DNA from: Octopus bimaculoides
Taxonomy: Eukaryota
Length of the DNA stretch: 53,736 nucleotides
Assembly: GCF_001194135.2 (NCBI RefSeq)
Contig: NC_069005.1
Coordinates: forward strand, 27,137,383-27,191,118
Direction: 5' to 3'
Position 1 is the stretch's first letter; every line of letters starts with the position of its first letter. The translations under genes and the position numbers were made by a program. The notes below the pieces were generated by a model, which worked only from the letters and a program-made list of their open reading frames with translations, was not told the origin of the DNA and made no database searches. This document shows, one piece after another, positions 13,037 to 26,150 of the stretch.

Positions 13037-13241
13037 CCCTTTTGATCCTAACCCACCTGAGACCACTCGTGATTCTATGATGCAAATCTCTTGTTTAAAA
13101 TGACCATAACTGAAACCTTCCATCAAAATCTCACGTTAATTTATGTTCCAAACAACAGCTTAATAACTAAATTACTTGAATTCAATATTTTCAAAATTGA
13201 TTGAAACTGAGTGAAATTTAACAGAAACACAATGACAGGGG
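13037..13241 (+). mobile_element. piggyBac-like TTAA MITE (family F)
   Basis: TTAA|CCCTTTTG ... CAGGGG|TTAA. Copies at 14125-14328 (same orientation) and at 11555-11780, 34615-34830 and 47990-48357 (inverted). Confidence 0.78.
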
Positions 13242-15188
13242 TTAATATTGTACTTTGGTAAAATAACTTTTATTATCTCTTAACTTCCTGTTTGGCAGTA
13301 CTGCATTAGCCATCAATGAAACACACACCATCACAAGAATTGTACTAAACTTTGTATACATTCATTTTTAAAGTAGTAAGGAAATTTAGGGGAGAAAACT
13401 AATCCATGCTATCCTTCATGGGTTTTTGACTTGGAAAATTTTCAATGGGATGTTACAAGTTCATAAATCAATTAAGTTACTCTATTTTCACTTTCACCCA
13501 TAAATATAAATTCAAACAAGTACCAAGAACTCGAATATAAACCAACATTATGAATTTTCCATTAGGGAATTTCTGAATTCTGTAAAGGTTAAAAGGCTAA
13601 TAAAATCTCATCATATTAATGAGTTTATAAAAATAACATCCCTGCCTTAAATTTTCATTTGTTTTACAATGGACCATACGTAAAATATGTACCAACAGCA
13701 CCAATACAATACACATAATATGATTTATAACATTTTCTGCAAAATTTTGAATGAAATTTTTTTACAACACAATTTGATTTAAACAAATTACTGGTGGTTA
13801 AATTTGTGTAACAAACAGTCCTATGGATCATTAGTTTCCAGGTGAGCATTATTAATTCAATAGTAAATTGAGAATAAATTATTAGTTATTAATTACAAAC
13901 GCTTGCTTCAGTGATTATATATACAAAATAGTAAAAAAAAAAAACTGAAGTTTAGATATTAAGCTGGAAAAATATCCTATGAGTTCCTACAACAGTAAGT
14001 TACGAACCTTCATAATAGCTGTGAACTGACTGAAAAATAAAAAAAAATTTTAATGCTTTTCCTAATTATTAGAAGTTAAGTCTAAAGTTATCAGTAAATA
14101 TGTTTTCATGATACAGTCTCTCAACCCTTTTGACACCAAACTACCAGAGACCACCATAGTTCTCTGATACAAATTTCCACTTTGAAGTGATGTAATATAT
14201 AAGTTAAAACTTCCCTTCAAAATTTTATAATTTAATATTAAGAAAGTTATTGTATTAAATTCTTTTATTTTCAGAATCAATTGAAACAAAGGCAGTGTGT
14301 TTCGAAAGAAATAATGGTAACAAAAGGGTTAAAGCAAAGAGGGTTTTAATTAATTAATTTTTTTCTTCAATGAATGTGAAAGATGTATTCTGTATCATAT
14401 TGCAGCACAAGTATTATTTAGATCATATCCATTAAAATTAGCCTTGATTTCAATAATGAAATACTTAAGTTGAAAAGGGATATAGGTACTAAGCTTTGAG
14501 CAAGGAAATAAACAGCTATAAAATCTCAAATTTAGGAATTTACACTGCTAAAATGAAACAGTTGTAAACTGAGCCAAACTGGAACACACCCACTCCCATC
14601 GTTTGAAGTCCCTTTTTAAAGGCATCTACATAATGCTTTCATAATATAATCTTAAAACCAACAGTTTTGTTTATTTTACATAAAAATGGGTTTTGAATTT
14701 CAGCACAAAAATAAGTTGAACAATACCTATTAAAACAGACTAAAATGAAGTAGGAAAACTTTATTTTTATAACTAATTTGTATAAAATTAATCATTCTTG
14801 GGCTATTACTTTACACAGAAAAATGACTAAAATTTTTATAACAGTTGATGGGAAAAACAGGTTCCAGCTGAAATTTTAGTTCTATACAGGCAATGTGTGA
14901 TGCTATAGCTCTTTACTAGATGGGCTAATTTTGGTTCTTAACTGAAATAGCACGCGATAATTACAGACATAAAAGAAGTTATTAATTCTCTTAATTAAAT
15001 TGTTGCTATTAAAACAATATAACTATGTTTTTTTCTTCTATGTATAATATTTAACATTTTAATGAATCAAATGTCTACTTAATGGAAATTAGGGCATTTT
15101 GCTATATGTACAGATCTCCAATTTTTAGTAACTTGTCAAGACATTCATGCTCAAATAAAGATGGGTAGCAACCTCGAACACAACAGAG

Positions 15189-15226
<38 letters not shown>

Positions 15227-15689
15227 TTCATCTATTTCTTTCATGTTTGTTTCTCCATGCTAGCATGAGTGAGACAGAGATGTATTTAAGGTAGGATTTT
15301 ATAGCCAGGAGCTCTTCCTGTTGCCAATGTTACCTGTTTTACAAATAAGGGATTTTGTTCTTCACAGGTCTCCAAAAGCACATAGCAACAAGTCATAAGA
15401 AATGTAAATATCATATCACCATTTTACTCAAATGAACCCATGGGATATCACCATTCACACAAATACACACACATACAATAGGCTTCCTATAGTTTCTACC
15501 AAATCTCACAAGCTATAACTGAGGAATTTAAGACTGACTGCCCTTCAGAACTATTATGTGTTGACGATCTTATTCTTATAGCAGAATCTATAGTAGAATC
15601 AGAAAAAAAAATTCCTGGTGTGGAAGCAAAACCTGAAATCAAAGGGCTTTAAAAGTAACTTAAAGATCCAAGTTCTAATAAGCAGGAAA

Positions 15690-16125
15690 AGACAGGATTC
15701 TACCCCCATCAGATAAATGGCCCTGTTCGGTATGAGGGAGAGATATAGGCAGAAATTTATAGGTAAATTAATGGAGGAAATAGTGTTTGTATGTAGATAT
15801 GCTGAAGCAATAAACTTTAAGGCCGCATGGGAAATACATTTTATTCAAATGCCCTGGAGGCTTCCTAGAGATATAGTAGATAGTTAGAATTAGATAGATA
15901 GATTACCTAATTAATAGTGGAGGAGGATGTTCTACAAGTGTAGTTGCCAGAATAAAAATAGGCAGCAGAAACTATTCAGAGAGCTATTAGTGCTGTTGTT
16001 AACAAAAAGGACTCTCTCTCTCCCCAAGTCAAAGGCAGACTGTATGATGCTTATATGTAAACAGCAATGTTACATGGTAGTGAGACATGGGACTTGAATG
16101 CAGAGAGCATGTTACTTGAAGACAA
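15690..16125 (+). mobile_element. Degenerate RTE LINE RT C-terminal fragment
   Basis: Pieces translate as SGGGCSTSVVARIKIG and VKGRLYDAYM*TAMLHGSETWDLNAE, the typical RTE LYG.ETW region. Confidence 0.75.
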
Positions 16126-16282
16126 AAATTGGCATCAAGAAAGTTGTCCAACTAAAGAAGACTGCCTAAAGAAATCTCAGCCAACTCATGCTAGCATGGA
16201 AAAGTGGATGCAAAACAATGACAATATACACCCCAATTGGTTTAAACCAATTATTATATTGAAAGTTAATTAACCACAGAAG

Positions 16283-16459
16283 CACAGGTATGGCTGGGTG
16301 TTAAGAAGCTTGCTTCCCAATCACAAAGTTCTGGATTCAGTCCCACTGCATGGCAACCTGGGGAAGTGTCTTCTACTGTAGCCCTGGGCCAACCAAAGCC
16401 TTGTGAACGGATTTAATAAATGAAAACTTGAGAGAAACCCATTGTTTGTGTGTGTGTAT

Positions 16460-16504
<45 letters not shown>

Positions 16505-17120
16505 TAGAGTGTGTGTGTGTGTTCTGACATCATTGTTGTCGGCACTCCGTCGAGGGTTCCAGTTGATCCGATCAACGGAACAGCCTGCTCGTGAAATTAA
16601 CGTGCAAGTGGCTGAGCATTCCACAGACATGTGTACCCTTAACATAGTTCTCGGGGATATTCAGCCTGACACAGTGTGACAAGGCTGACCCTTTGAAATA
16701 CAGGCACAACAGAAACAGGAAGTAAGAGTGAGAGAAAGTTGTGGTGAAAGAGTACAGCAGGGTTCGCCACCATCCCCTGCCGGAGCTTCGTGGAGCTTTA
16801 GGTGTTTTTGCTCAATAAACACTCACAACGCCCGGTCTGGGAATCGAAACCACGATCCTATGACTGCGAGTTCGCTGCCCTAACCACTGGGCCATTGCAC
16901 CTCCTCTGACATCATATGATAGTTGTAAATGTGTGTCCCTGTCAAACAAGTAGCATCATTCATTTCCAATATTCTGCAAGAATGGGGGAAATATCACCTT
17001 GCTTGGCAACAGGAAGGACATCCAGCCAGAGAAAATCTGCCTCAAATAAACTTCATCCAACCAACTCATGCAAGCACAGAAAAGTGAACATTAAATGACT
17101 GATGATGATGATGATGACAA
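16283..17120 (+). mobile_element. Family C SINE interrupted by a family B SINE
   Basis: Head at 16283-16440, then a microsatellite. The body resumes at 16916 and ends AAATGACTGATGATGATGATGATG. Confidence 0.8.
16534..16904 (-). mobile_element. Full-length tRNA-head SINE (family B) with an 11-bp TSD
   Basis: Minus strand begins GGAGG(T)GCAATGGCCCAGTGGTTAGGG...GTTTCGATTCCC (pol III A/B-box-like) and ends in an (AAC)n tail. TSD TCTGACATCAT at 16523-16533 and 16905-16915. Confidence 0.92.
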
Positions 17121-19139
17121 AGGCAGCTGACTACTCTTTAGAAATATAATCACAAGAAAGTTCAAATAGCTGCTGACTGTAACTTTTACCCTTCAAGTTA
17201 AATATATAACATCTAGCCTTACATGAAAACTGCTGTAATATGATTCTACATTGCCACTTTGTTTTCCTAACATGTCAATATATTAGAAGTTCACCCCCAA
17301 AGGAATTCAAAACGTGTTCAAAAATAGAAGTCAATTAAATAAACAAGTAAATAAGTATAACAGTGAAACCTAAGGGATTTTCTTGTTTTCCCCCAACACA
17401 ATGTGAAATAAACCTCACTAATTGTGTACAACATATCTGGTGAAACAATGCATTTGAAAAATCACCAGTTACACTACGTAACAAAATTTTAATTTTTATC
17501 TTTCTTGTCTTTGGTAAGTGTTATTTCCAATTTGTTTCTATCTGGAAATCAAAAGAAATCACGACTATTCCCTTCAAACTTTGCTTTTTTGACCTGGACA
17601 TCACTATTTTGAAACTGACACATTTTCCATTACATTTCAAACAGATTCAGTGTGGAGTTGCTGAAGCAGAAATATCGTTATAGCAAATATTCTGCTCAAT
17701 ACCACACCAGGTTCCACAGTCCATTTAGGCTTGGTTTCTATAGCTGAATGCCTGTCCTGATGCCAGCCACTTTACAGAGTGTCCTGGGTGCTTTTCACAT
17801 GGCACCAGCACCCACACTAATGCTTTTTACATGGTGCCATGGGCTTAGGATCTTCATTCTGTTAAGATATTCTTGATACAAAATAAAAAATTACACCATT
17901 ACACTTTGTAATAGAAACTTCTATCCTATTCTTTCTAATTTAACCTTCATCTAGCAATATCTTGATTACATGAACTAACAAACCAGTTCTTTTAACAAAC
18001 TCACCACCATAAACTTCACGGTTTAATCAAACTAAAGATGTACCCATGAAAACATTTAAGCTTACATATGTATCAAAAGACTTGTATTAAAAAATAAAGA
18101 CTTTTTTCCCATTATTTAAAAACAAAGGAATGTTTATGAGTATATATATATACTCGACACATTCATACCCATATATTTTATTCGAGTTCTATTGTTCTGT
18201 AAGTAAAAGTTTCACATCAAACAAACAACCAACAGATGGATTTGCACTTGACACAGGCAGAAAATGATGAAAGGAAAGCTGTATTCCAATAGAAAAACTA
18301 CATATGGCCACAAGCCATTGAAACAGACAGTAATCCTTCTATTTCGAACAATACATTATTTTGAATCAATCATCTCTAAATCCTTTTTTTAAAATTTTAT
18401 TTATTTATTTATTTATTCATCAATCTAATAACTCTATACACACACAAGCGATAGTGAGGAAAATAAGACAAACACATGTTTATTCATTACAGGTAACAAA
18501 TAGAATGTCACAAGAAGAACATCCCAACTACAGTCAAATCAGTCTCTCCCCCATCTCTCTCCCCCTTTTTATTATTATTTTTATATATATATATTTCAAA
18601 ATGTCATCTCACGATAACTTGCTCTGTACATGACACCTATAACTGCAATATCAAAGTGAGATATGGAGCTTGTTATGGAGAAACAATTTACAAACAGAAT
18701 ATGATCCAGAGATAACTATAGGAACTTCATAGCAAGTGTGGCTAAACCAGCAGAAGGTCTCTGCAATTTTATCATCATATAAATAGGCACTCATACACAA
18801 TCACCATTTGCTGAAACCCACCAGAGTTCAAGGAAAACCATAATAGCCTTATAGCTGGAAATAAAGTCAAAGTTCACTAAAATAGCTTTATGTAATTGTT
18901 ATGTTGTTTAGCACCAGATTCCACCTGGTTAAGTAGACTAATGACCAAAAGCATTCCAGTTGTGAACCTCCTGTCTCTTTCCTATGTGTGAGGAACCCAG
19001 GATGACATCAACATATCCTTTTCTAAAATGGTGGGGGTGTGAATTGAGTGATTTGGTTGCTATTTCTAACAGGTTGAACATTCACATAGAGGCTCTCTGA
19101 GAAGTAATGTTAGAACCACATATTTCCTCATGGCATTCA

Positions 19140-20100
19140 AACCTATTCCAATACTGTGACCTTCATAATCACCACACAGATGATTGAAGCATTATGGTTA
19201 GAATAACGGCCCAAGAACTGGCAAATGCAAAGTATGATACACCAATCTCTCTTGAAGAACAGAGGCCAAAAAGACAATACAAAGAGACAGCATAATAGTA
19301 CTGCTCTTTGCTTACTCAATAAACTTACTGACGAACAGAATCATGGCTAGCTAGAGGCTTCTTTCAAATCTAAGAACATATCTTGCTTCTCCTTTACTCA
19401 TAACAGGAAGACATTTGAATAGAAAGGAATCGCATGAAATCAAAAAAAATCTTATGTGGAAATAGGATTTGGTAAAATACTAACAGTACATGATCTAGAA
19501 ATGAACTTACTTTGTAATATACATTAGACACAGCTGAATGAGCAATACATGAATTACAATATGATCAGTACACCCCTAATGTATAATAGAGAAACATCCA
19601 AGGTGAGTGATCACTTAATACAAATCAAATATTTGGATAGACCATGTTAGAGAACATGCTGCACAGATGAATACCACAAACGCACACTTATTGATCTGTC
19701 AAATGCTCTACATGAATAAAAACTGCTATCTTAAACAACTTTGGGGCGGTCCAAGAAAACAAGCTCTTACATGAAAAATCTGAGATGAACAAAAAAATTA
19801 TTCATTAGTTAACCATCCTTTAAATGTAACAATGATCTAAATTCGAACAATTTACAGTCTGGTACTTTTGCTCATCATCTTTCTACACTTTCATTAGCAC
19901 TTCATTGAAAATGGGAAATGAAAAGCAGGATCTGAAGGGAACTGTCTAATCCAATATTAGATTGATAAAACTATACGGCTGCATTTTAAGTGGATCACAT
20001 AAGATATTTGCAAGATAGCTATAGGATCAAATTCATCACTGTATATTACTGGTACTGACTAAATGACAAGTGTAGCAGGACAAGTTATTTCAGTGATGAG
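19140..20100 (+). mobile_element. Probable highly decayed RTE-type RT region
   Basis: Short pieces such as LIDLSNAL (compare FIDL.KAFD) and a hydrophobic LF.IF-like segment appear in the expected order. There are many stops. Confidence 0.35.
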
Positions 20101-21552
20101 GGTGAAGGGTTACTGATATTGAAAAAAAAAAAAAAGAATTCTTTGTCTTTCAGTCTACCAAGTAAATAAATGTAATGCCACATCCCTGATCGTTTCATCT
20201 TTATAGTGGGGGGGGGGGATAAAAAAAAAACTATATTCTTCCTTGAAGGAGTATATGACAATCAAGCTTTCATGTAAAGACCCCACATTAGATAACAGAG
20301 CCTGGTTAATCTATACTCATACTAATTTTCCGCTTAGTTCAAACTATATGCCACATCCGCTAAATACTGCTTAGTCAGTCAAATACAAACTTGTTAAAAT
20401 TATACAGGAGTACTGACTCTTATTTCTTTATTGCCCACAAGGGGCTAAACATAGAAGGGACAAACAAGGACAAAGGGATTAAGTCAATTACATCGACCCC
20501 AGTGCATAATTAGTATTTAATTTATCGACCCCAAAAGGATGCTAGAACACCCCTCATTTCAAGAGAGCAAGGTCAGGCTATGAGAAGGTAGCTGGATATT
20601 GTTGGGACATTACTTAATAGCTGCAGAGGTATTTTCTTTCTCTAGCCTTGAGCACCATATCACACACCACTTATCTCAACTGTAATCACAAAACCAGTAC
20701 GGTTTGATACCACCAGCTGCTTTGCAGAGCAGAGCAGACAGAGTAAAAAGAAATGTTCAAAGCTTATTTGTGGTTCAAATATTCAGCTGCAAGTTCAAAT
20801 AGCATTGCTGACTTCTGTCAGAAGTCTGCAAAAAGCAGGAAATGAAAATCAGAATATGAAGGGAACCGTCTAAACCAGCATTATCGAAGCTACATGGATA
20901 CATTTTAATCAGATTACATAATGATATTTGTAAGGTTATAAATAGTAGTAGAGTCAAAGTTGTCACGGTATATTATTGATGCCCTTAAGGAAGAAGAAAT
21001 ATGAAATTGACCCAAAAACTATTTGAAATCAGAACAATGACAAACCAAACTAGATACAGTGAAGCATCTAGTTAAACACCTTACTACCTTGACCATATCC
21101 ATTGGCCTTATATTATACACACGCATATATATATATATATATATATATANNNNNNNNNNNNNNNNNNNNNNNNNNNNNNNNNNNNNNNNNNNNNNNNNNN
21201 NNNNNNNNNNNNNNNNNNNNNNNNNNNNNNNNNNNNNNNNNNNNNNNNNNNNNNNNNNNNNNNATGAAAAAAAAAGGTTGAAATAATAATTTTTAAAAAT
21301 TAATATTCTCATGTACAATATAAAGAAAATGTTTAATGAGTATAAAAATATTTAATAAATAATTTTTTATTATTTTTAAAATACCAGGAAAAAAAATAAT
21401 TTTAATGGGGTGGTGCATTTGAGAAAGGAATGACATAAATGGTTAGGACAGAGTTTATACATATATAGATATACATACACACATACAAAATGATGATACA
21501 CACACATTCATACATACACACATATATACACACACACACACACATATATATA

Positions 21553-21830
21553 TCATCATCATCATCATCATCGTTTAACATCCGCTTTCCATGCTAGCAT
21601 GGGTTGGACGATTTGACTGAGGACTGTTGAAACCAGAAGGCTGCACCAGGCTCCAATCTGATNNNNNNNNNNACTGTTGAAACCAGAAGGCTGCACCAGG
21701 CTCCAATCTGATCTGGCAGAATTTCTACAGCTGGATGCCCTTCCTAACGCCAACCACTCAGAGAGTGTAGTGGGTGCTTTTACGTGCCACCGGCACGAGG
21801 GCCAGTCACACGGTACTGGCAATGGCCTCG
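21553..21830 (-). mobile_element. RTE 3'-tail repeat (family A) with an internal gap
   Basis: (CAT)n plus family A body; about 40 nt is duplicated across the 10-N gap. Confidence 0.85.
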
Positions 21831-21881
21831 CTCAAAAGGTGTTTTTTACATACATATACATACTACATACATGTCATCATC

Positions 21882-22290
21882 ATCATCATTTAATGTTCAC
21901 TTTTTCCATGCTTGAATGGGTCGGGCATAATTTGTTGAGGCAGATTTTCTACAGCCTGATACCGTTCCCGTTGTCAACCCTCACCTCTTTCCAAATAAGC
22001 TAATATTCCTCCATGACCAGACATGTTTTCATGGAAGATTGGAAATGAAGACCACTGCTTGCATGAGAGAGAGAGACATTCATTTACAACTATCACATGA
22101 AATCAAGGCAAGAATAACACACACACACATATAGATACTTATATGACAGGCTTCTTCCAGTTTCCACCTACCAAATCCACTCAAGATTTTGGATGGCCCG
22201 AGGCTATAGTAAACACTTGCCCAAGGTACCACACAGTGGGACTGAACTTAAGACCATGTGGTCAGAGACCAAACTTTTTCCATATTTGCA
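21882..22290 (-). mobile_element. Full-length family C SINE: tRNA head, CORE-like segment, (TG)n and RTE-like (GAT)n tail
   Basis: Head ...GGTTCAGTCCCACTG(C)GTGGCACCTTGGGCAAGTGTCTTCTACTATAGCC... Related copies at 15225-15640 (-) and 16283-16522 plus 16916-17120 (+, split by a family B insertion). Confidence 0.8.
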
Positions 22291-25023
22291 TATTATATAT
22301 ACACACACACACATATCTATATATACGTACATACATACATACAAATATATACATACATATATACACATATATAGATATATACACACATAGATACANNNNN
22401 NNNNNGTACATACATACATACAAATATATACATACATATATACACATATATAGATATATACACACATAGATACACATACACACATTTATATATACATGTA
22501 TATAAACTTATACCTATATACATATATATATGTACCTACAAAAGTTAAGAACAATAACAAAATTGCATTTTTACTTTTACAGTATATTAAACTAAGAATG
22601 TATTAGTTTTTTTTGTTCGTTTTTTTTTTTTTTTCAATTACATTAATTAAACTATTTTGGTTGAACAGATTAAAATAGTAATGTAAGAAGAAAAAAAAAA
22701 TTTTTTTTTTTAACTAAAACAAAATAACAAAAATTACTCTGAGAAGCAAGACCAGGGGAAGTAATTTTCATTGTTCTTATTCTTAAAATTTCGTTTCATT
22801 TNNNNNNNNNNNNNNNNNNNNNNNNNNNNNNNNNNNNNNNNNNNNNNNNNNNNNNNNNNNNNNNNNNNNNNNNNNNNNNNNNNNNNNNNNNNNNNNNNNN
22901 NNNNNNNNNNNNNNNNNNNNNNNNNNNNNNNNNNNNNNNNNNNNNNNNNNNNNNNNNNNNNNNNNNNNNNNNNNNNNNNNNNNNNNNNNNNNNNNNNNNN
23001 NNNNNNNNNNNNNNNNNNNNNNNNNNNNNNNNNNNNNNNNNNNNNNNNNNNNNNNNNNNNNNNNNNNNNNNNNNNNNNNNNNNNNNNNNNNNNNNNNNNN
23101 NNNNNNNNNNNNNNNNNNNNNNNNNNNNNNNNNNNNNNNNNNNNNNNNNNNNNNNNNNNNNNNNNNNNNNNNNNNNNNNNNNNNNNNNNNNNNNNNNNNN
23201 NNNNNNNNNNNNNNNNNNNNNNNNNNNNNNNNNNNNNNNNNNNNNNNNNNNNNNNNNNNNNNNNNNNNNNNNNNNNNNNNNNNNNNNNNNNNNNNNNNNN
23301 NNNNNNNNNNNNNNNNNNNNNNNNNNNNNNNNNNNNNNNNNNNNNNNNNNNNNNNNNNNNNNNNNNNNNNNNNNNNNNNNNNNNNNNNNNNNNNNNNNNN
23401 NNNNNNNNNNNNNNNNNNNNNNNNNNNNNNNNNNNNNNNNNNNNNNNNNNNNNNNNNNNNNNNNNNNNNNNNNNNNNNNNNNNNNNNNNNNNNNNNNNNN
23501 NNNNNNNNNNNNNNNNNNNNNNNNNNNNNNNNNNNNNNNNNNNNNNNNNNNNAATATTTTAAATTCTTACAAATATTCAGGTTTTCAAAACCTACACAAA
23601 ATCAAACCACTTGGAGCAACAGGTGTAAAATAATACAAGAGCAGCAACTGAGGATGCACAGAAACACTCTTTGAATTCCATAAGTTCCTTGAGTTTTTAG
23701 GAGCATTTTGAAGACTCAGAAAAGTTTAGACAAATACATAGAGAATAAAACAAGCAAAAAAAAGCTAGCAGTCAAATGTTATTGAACTTTGTGGTTGTCC
23801 TCATAGTCCAGCTGCAGCTATGATATTAGAAAGAATAATTTTTCTAGCCTCAGGGGACACAAGTGGCAACCATGGAACACAGGATAAGGGTACCTATTTT
23901 AAGGATTTATCAACATTATTGTCAGACTGGAGGACGCAGAAGTGCAGGGACAAGTTAATCTCTAAAAAGATCTGATTAAATCACCTGAAGGAATAACATA
24001 ACGAAATTGTTTTGTTATATAAGACCTGATCAATGTAATGGCACCGTAAGTGAGTAAAGCCTAATGAAATCAGAGAACTTGAAAGAAAAAGCAAAACAAG
24101 CAGTTATGAGAACACTTAGAGATGTTAAAAGTAAAGAAATATGTCAGAAGTAAAAGAAAATTACATCACAAACTATCCAAGACAACAAAACTAATCTAAT
24201 GTAAACCTTTTGTAATGTTAACAGCAGAATTAACATAAAACCACAGATGTTTATGATTTAGGACTTTTCTAAAAGCAGGATTTGCAATGACTAAAACCAG
24301 AGCCATCGACTGAGTTGCATAAAATCTTAGCAGTATTTTTTTTTACATCACTGAATAATGAAAAGTATTAAAATAATTGAGTTTAACATAAATAGGACAA
24401 ATAAGTTTGTTCTCAGAATAAATAATATAAAAGATATTAGTTGAAGACAAATAGTGACTAGATTTAGTAGCAGTGATAAATGGCATAGAAGAACAGAAGG
24501 GGAAGGGGTAAACTGATCAAATAAATGGTACCAGAAAGAAAACAGGTGATATCTCTAAGACAGATTCCCTAGCAGCTACACTTTACCAAAGATTTACACC
24601 AACTACAACCAGCTGAAAAATGAACAAGTATTTAAACAAAATAGAATAAATGTATTATTGGAATTCTGAAAAAGTTGGATGTCATCGGGGAGGGGTTTAT
24701 TGAACTTAAAGGTAAAATCTCCCTTTTTTTTTGTGTGTGTCTTTAAATACAGAAAGGAATACTGATAGTTTATTTTAAAGTTTAAAAAAAAAATCAACAC
24801 AAAAAAAAAATCAAAAGAAATGATACATTTTTACAGAAGATGTGTGCATTTTTTTGGAAATATAACTTTTAATGTTGCATCCAACTTTTAATTTGAGAGA
24901 AAAAAGAGAGAGCGAGAAAGAGATTTCTTGCACTGGCTCTTAGCATGCCTGGCTGTTGAAAAAGAAGTTAAAACAATGATAAGGTTACTACTGCTCAATA
25001 GCAGCAGCAGGTCGCTATCAAAC

Positions 25024-25099
25024 CTGTCTTCAGGGTTAGGTGGGATGCCCAGGTCTCCTGTTCGCAGTCTACGACTTATCTCCTCGATTTGCAGGTGCA
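25024..25099 (-). CDS. SF1: SF1 coding exon 3 (76 nt): VHLQIEEISRRLRTGDLGIPPNPED(R)
   Basis: Near-identical to vertebrate SF1 VQLQIEDLTRKLRTGDLGIPPNPEDR. Acceptor is ttccag|TG and donor is AG|gtttga; phase 1 to 2. Confidence 0.95.
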
Positions 25100-25468
25100 C
25101 TGGAATGAAGTGGTTATAATAGCAGCAAGTATTATCAATTAAAGAGATACAACATCAATTAGAGGCCAGTTTGAGGCTTTATAAATAAGTAAATAAATAA
25201 ATAAATAAATAAAAAACCCTTCCAACTACAGTTGAACTAATTGATATCTATAATCTTTAAATTTAGATAAATTCATAACGACCAAACAATTAATCAACAC
25301 CACTACGATACTTATACATTAAAAAAAAAAAAAGAAATCCCAATTTCTTGAGAAACATGGTGAACTTTGCAATTAATATCTTAACTTAGTTTTCATAGGC
25401 AACTAACTAACTATACGGTCCTTTACTAATTTCAGTCATTACACTGTAGCATCAGTGGAGCATCTTAA

Positions 25469-25687
25469 CCCGTTAGCATTCAGATTATTCTAGCAAATTT
25501 AATACTTCTTCATCCATATTGTTTTAAGCTAATCATGCATTATTTCGTAGCCTCAAGGTTTCAATGATGCTGTCACCTATTTTTAGAATGACATTATAGG
25601 TTGATGTGAGATACCAAATCTGGGCAGTTTTAACATAAAACAGGTAGATCATTTGGGCCGGATACGGCCGGTTTAAACACTAAAGGG
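25469..25687. mobile_element. piggyBac-like TTAA MITE (second family)
   Basis: TTAA|CCCGTTAGCATT ... AACACTAAAGGG|TTAA. A related split copy lies at about 29660-30090. Confidence 0.8.
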
Positions 25688-25849
25688 TTAAAGGATTTCT
25701 AGCTGACCCAAGTATATATTAAGAGGGGTCTTATTTTGGAGACCTACTCATTGCAACCACTAAGTTATGAGGCAGAAACAAAGAGTCTTTTCAAACGGTA
25801 TCAATGTAAGACAGGTTTCAGCTCAGTTTCCTCCTATTACTTTCACTTA

Positions 25850-26150
25850 CAACGTATGATCCAATCAGTGGAACAGCCTGCTTGTGAAATTAACGTGCAA
25901 GTGGCTGAGCACTCCACAGACACGTGGACCCTTAACGTAGTTCTGAGGGAGATTCAGCGTGACACAGAGTGTGACAAGGCTGGCTCTTTGTGAAATACAG
26001 GTACTACTCAGTTTTGCCAGCTGAGTGGACTGGAGCAATGTGAAATAAAGTGTCTTGCTCAAAGACAAAACATGTCGCTGAGAACTGAACCTATGATCTT
26101 ACGATTGTGAACCAGATACCCTAACCACTAAGCCATGGGCCTTCACCCTA
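25850..26150 (-). mobile_element. SINE with the family-B 3' domain but a different tRNA/CORE-like 5' part
   Basis: GGAACAGCCTGCTTGTGAAATTAACGTGCAAGTGGCTGAGC is shared with family B. The 5' part matches the head of 39670-39800 (TTGAGCAAGACACTTTATTTCAC). Confidence 0.75.

Noticed and set aside
16830-16904. tRNA-like sequences with A/B boxes (also 49650-49720, 39670-39750, 16283-16350)
   Set aside because: These are SINE heads continuous with SINE bodies and TSDs, not tRNA genes.
20652-20873. About 73-codon stop-free frame on + (YHTPLISTVITKP...)
   Set aside because: No ATG or splice context, no recognisable domain, and a length expected by chance; probably a decayed transposon.
21622-21712. 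Apparent tandem duplications across small gaps (also 22326-22470)
   Set aside because: Identical sequence on both sides of 9-10 N gaps indicates unmerged contig overlap, an assembly artefact.
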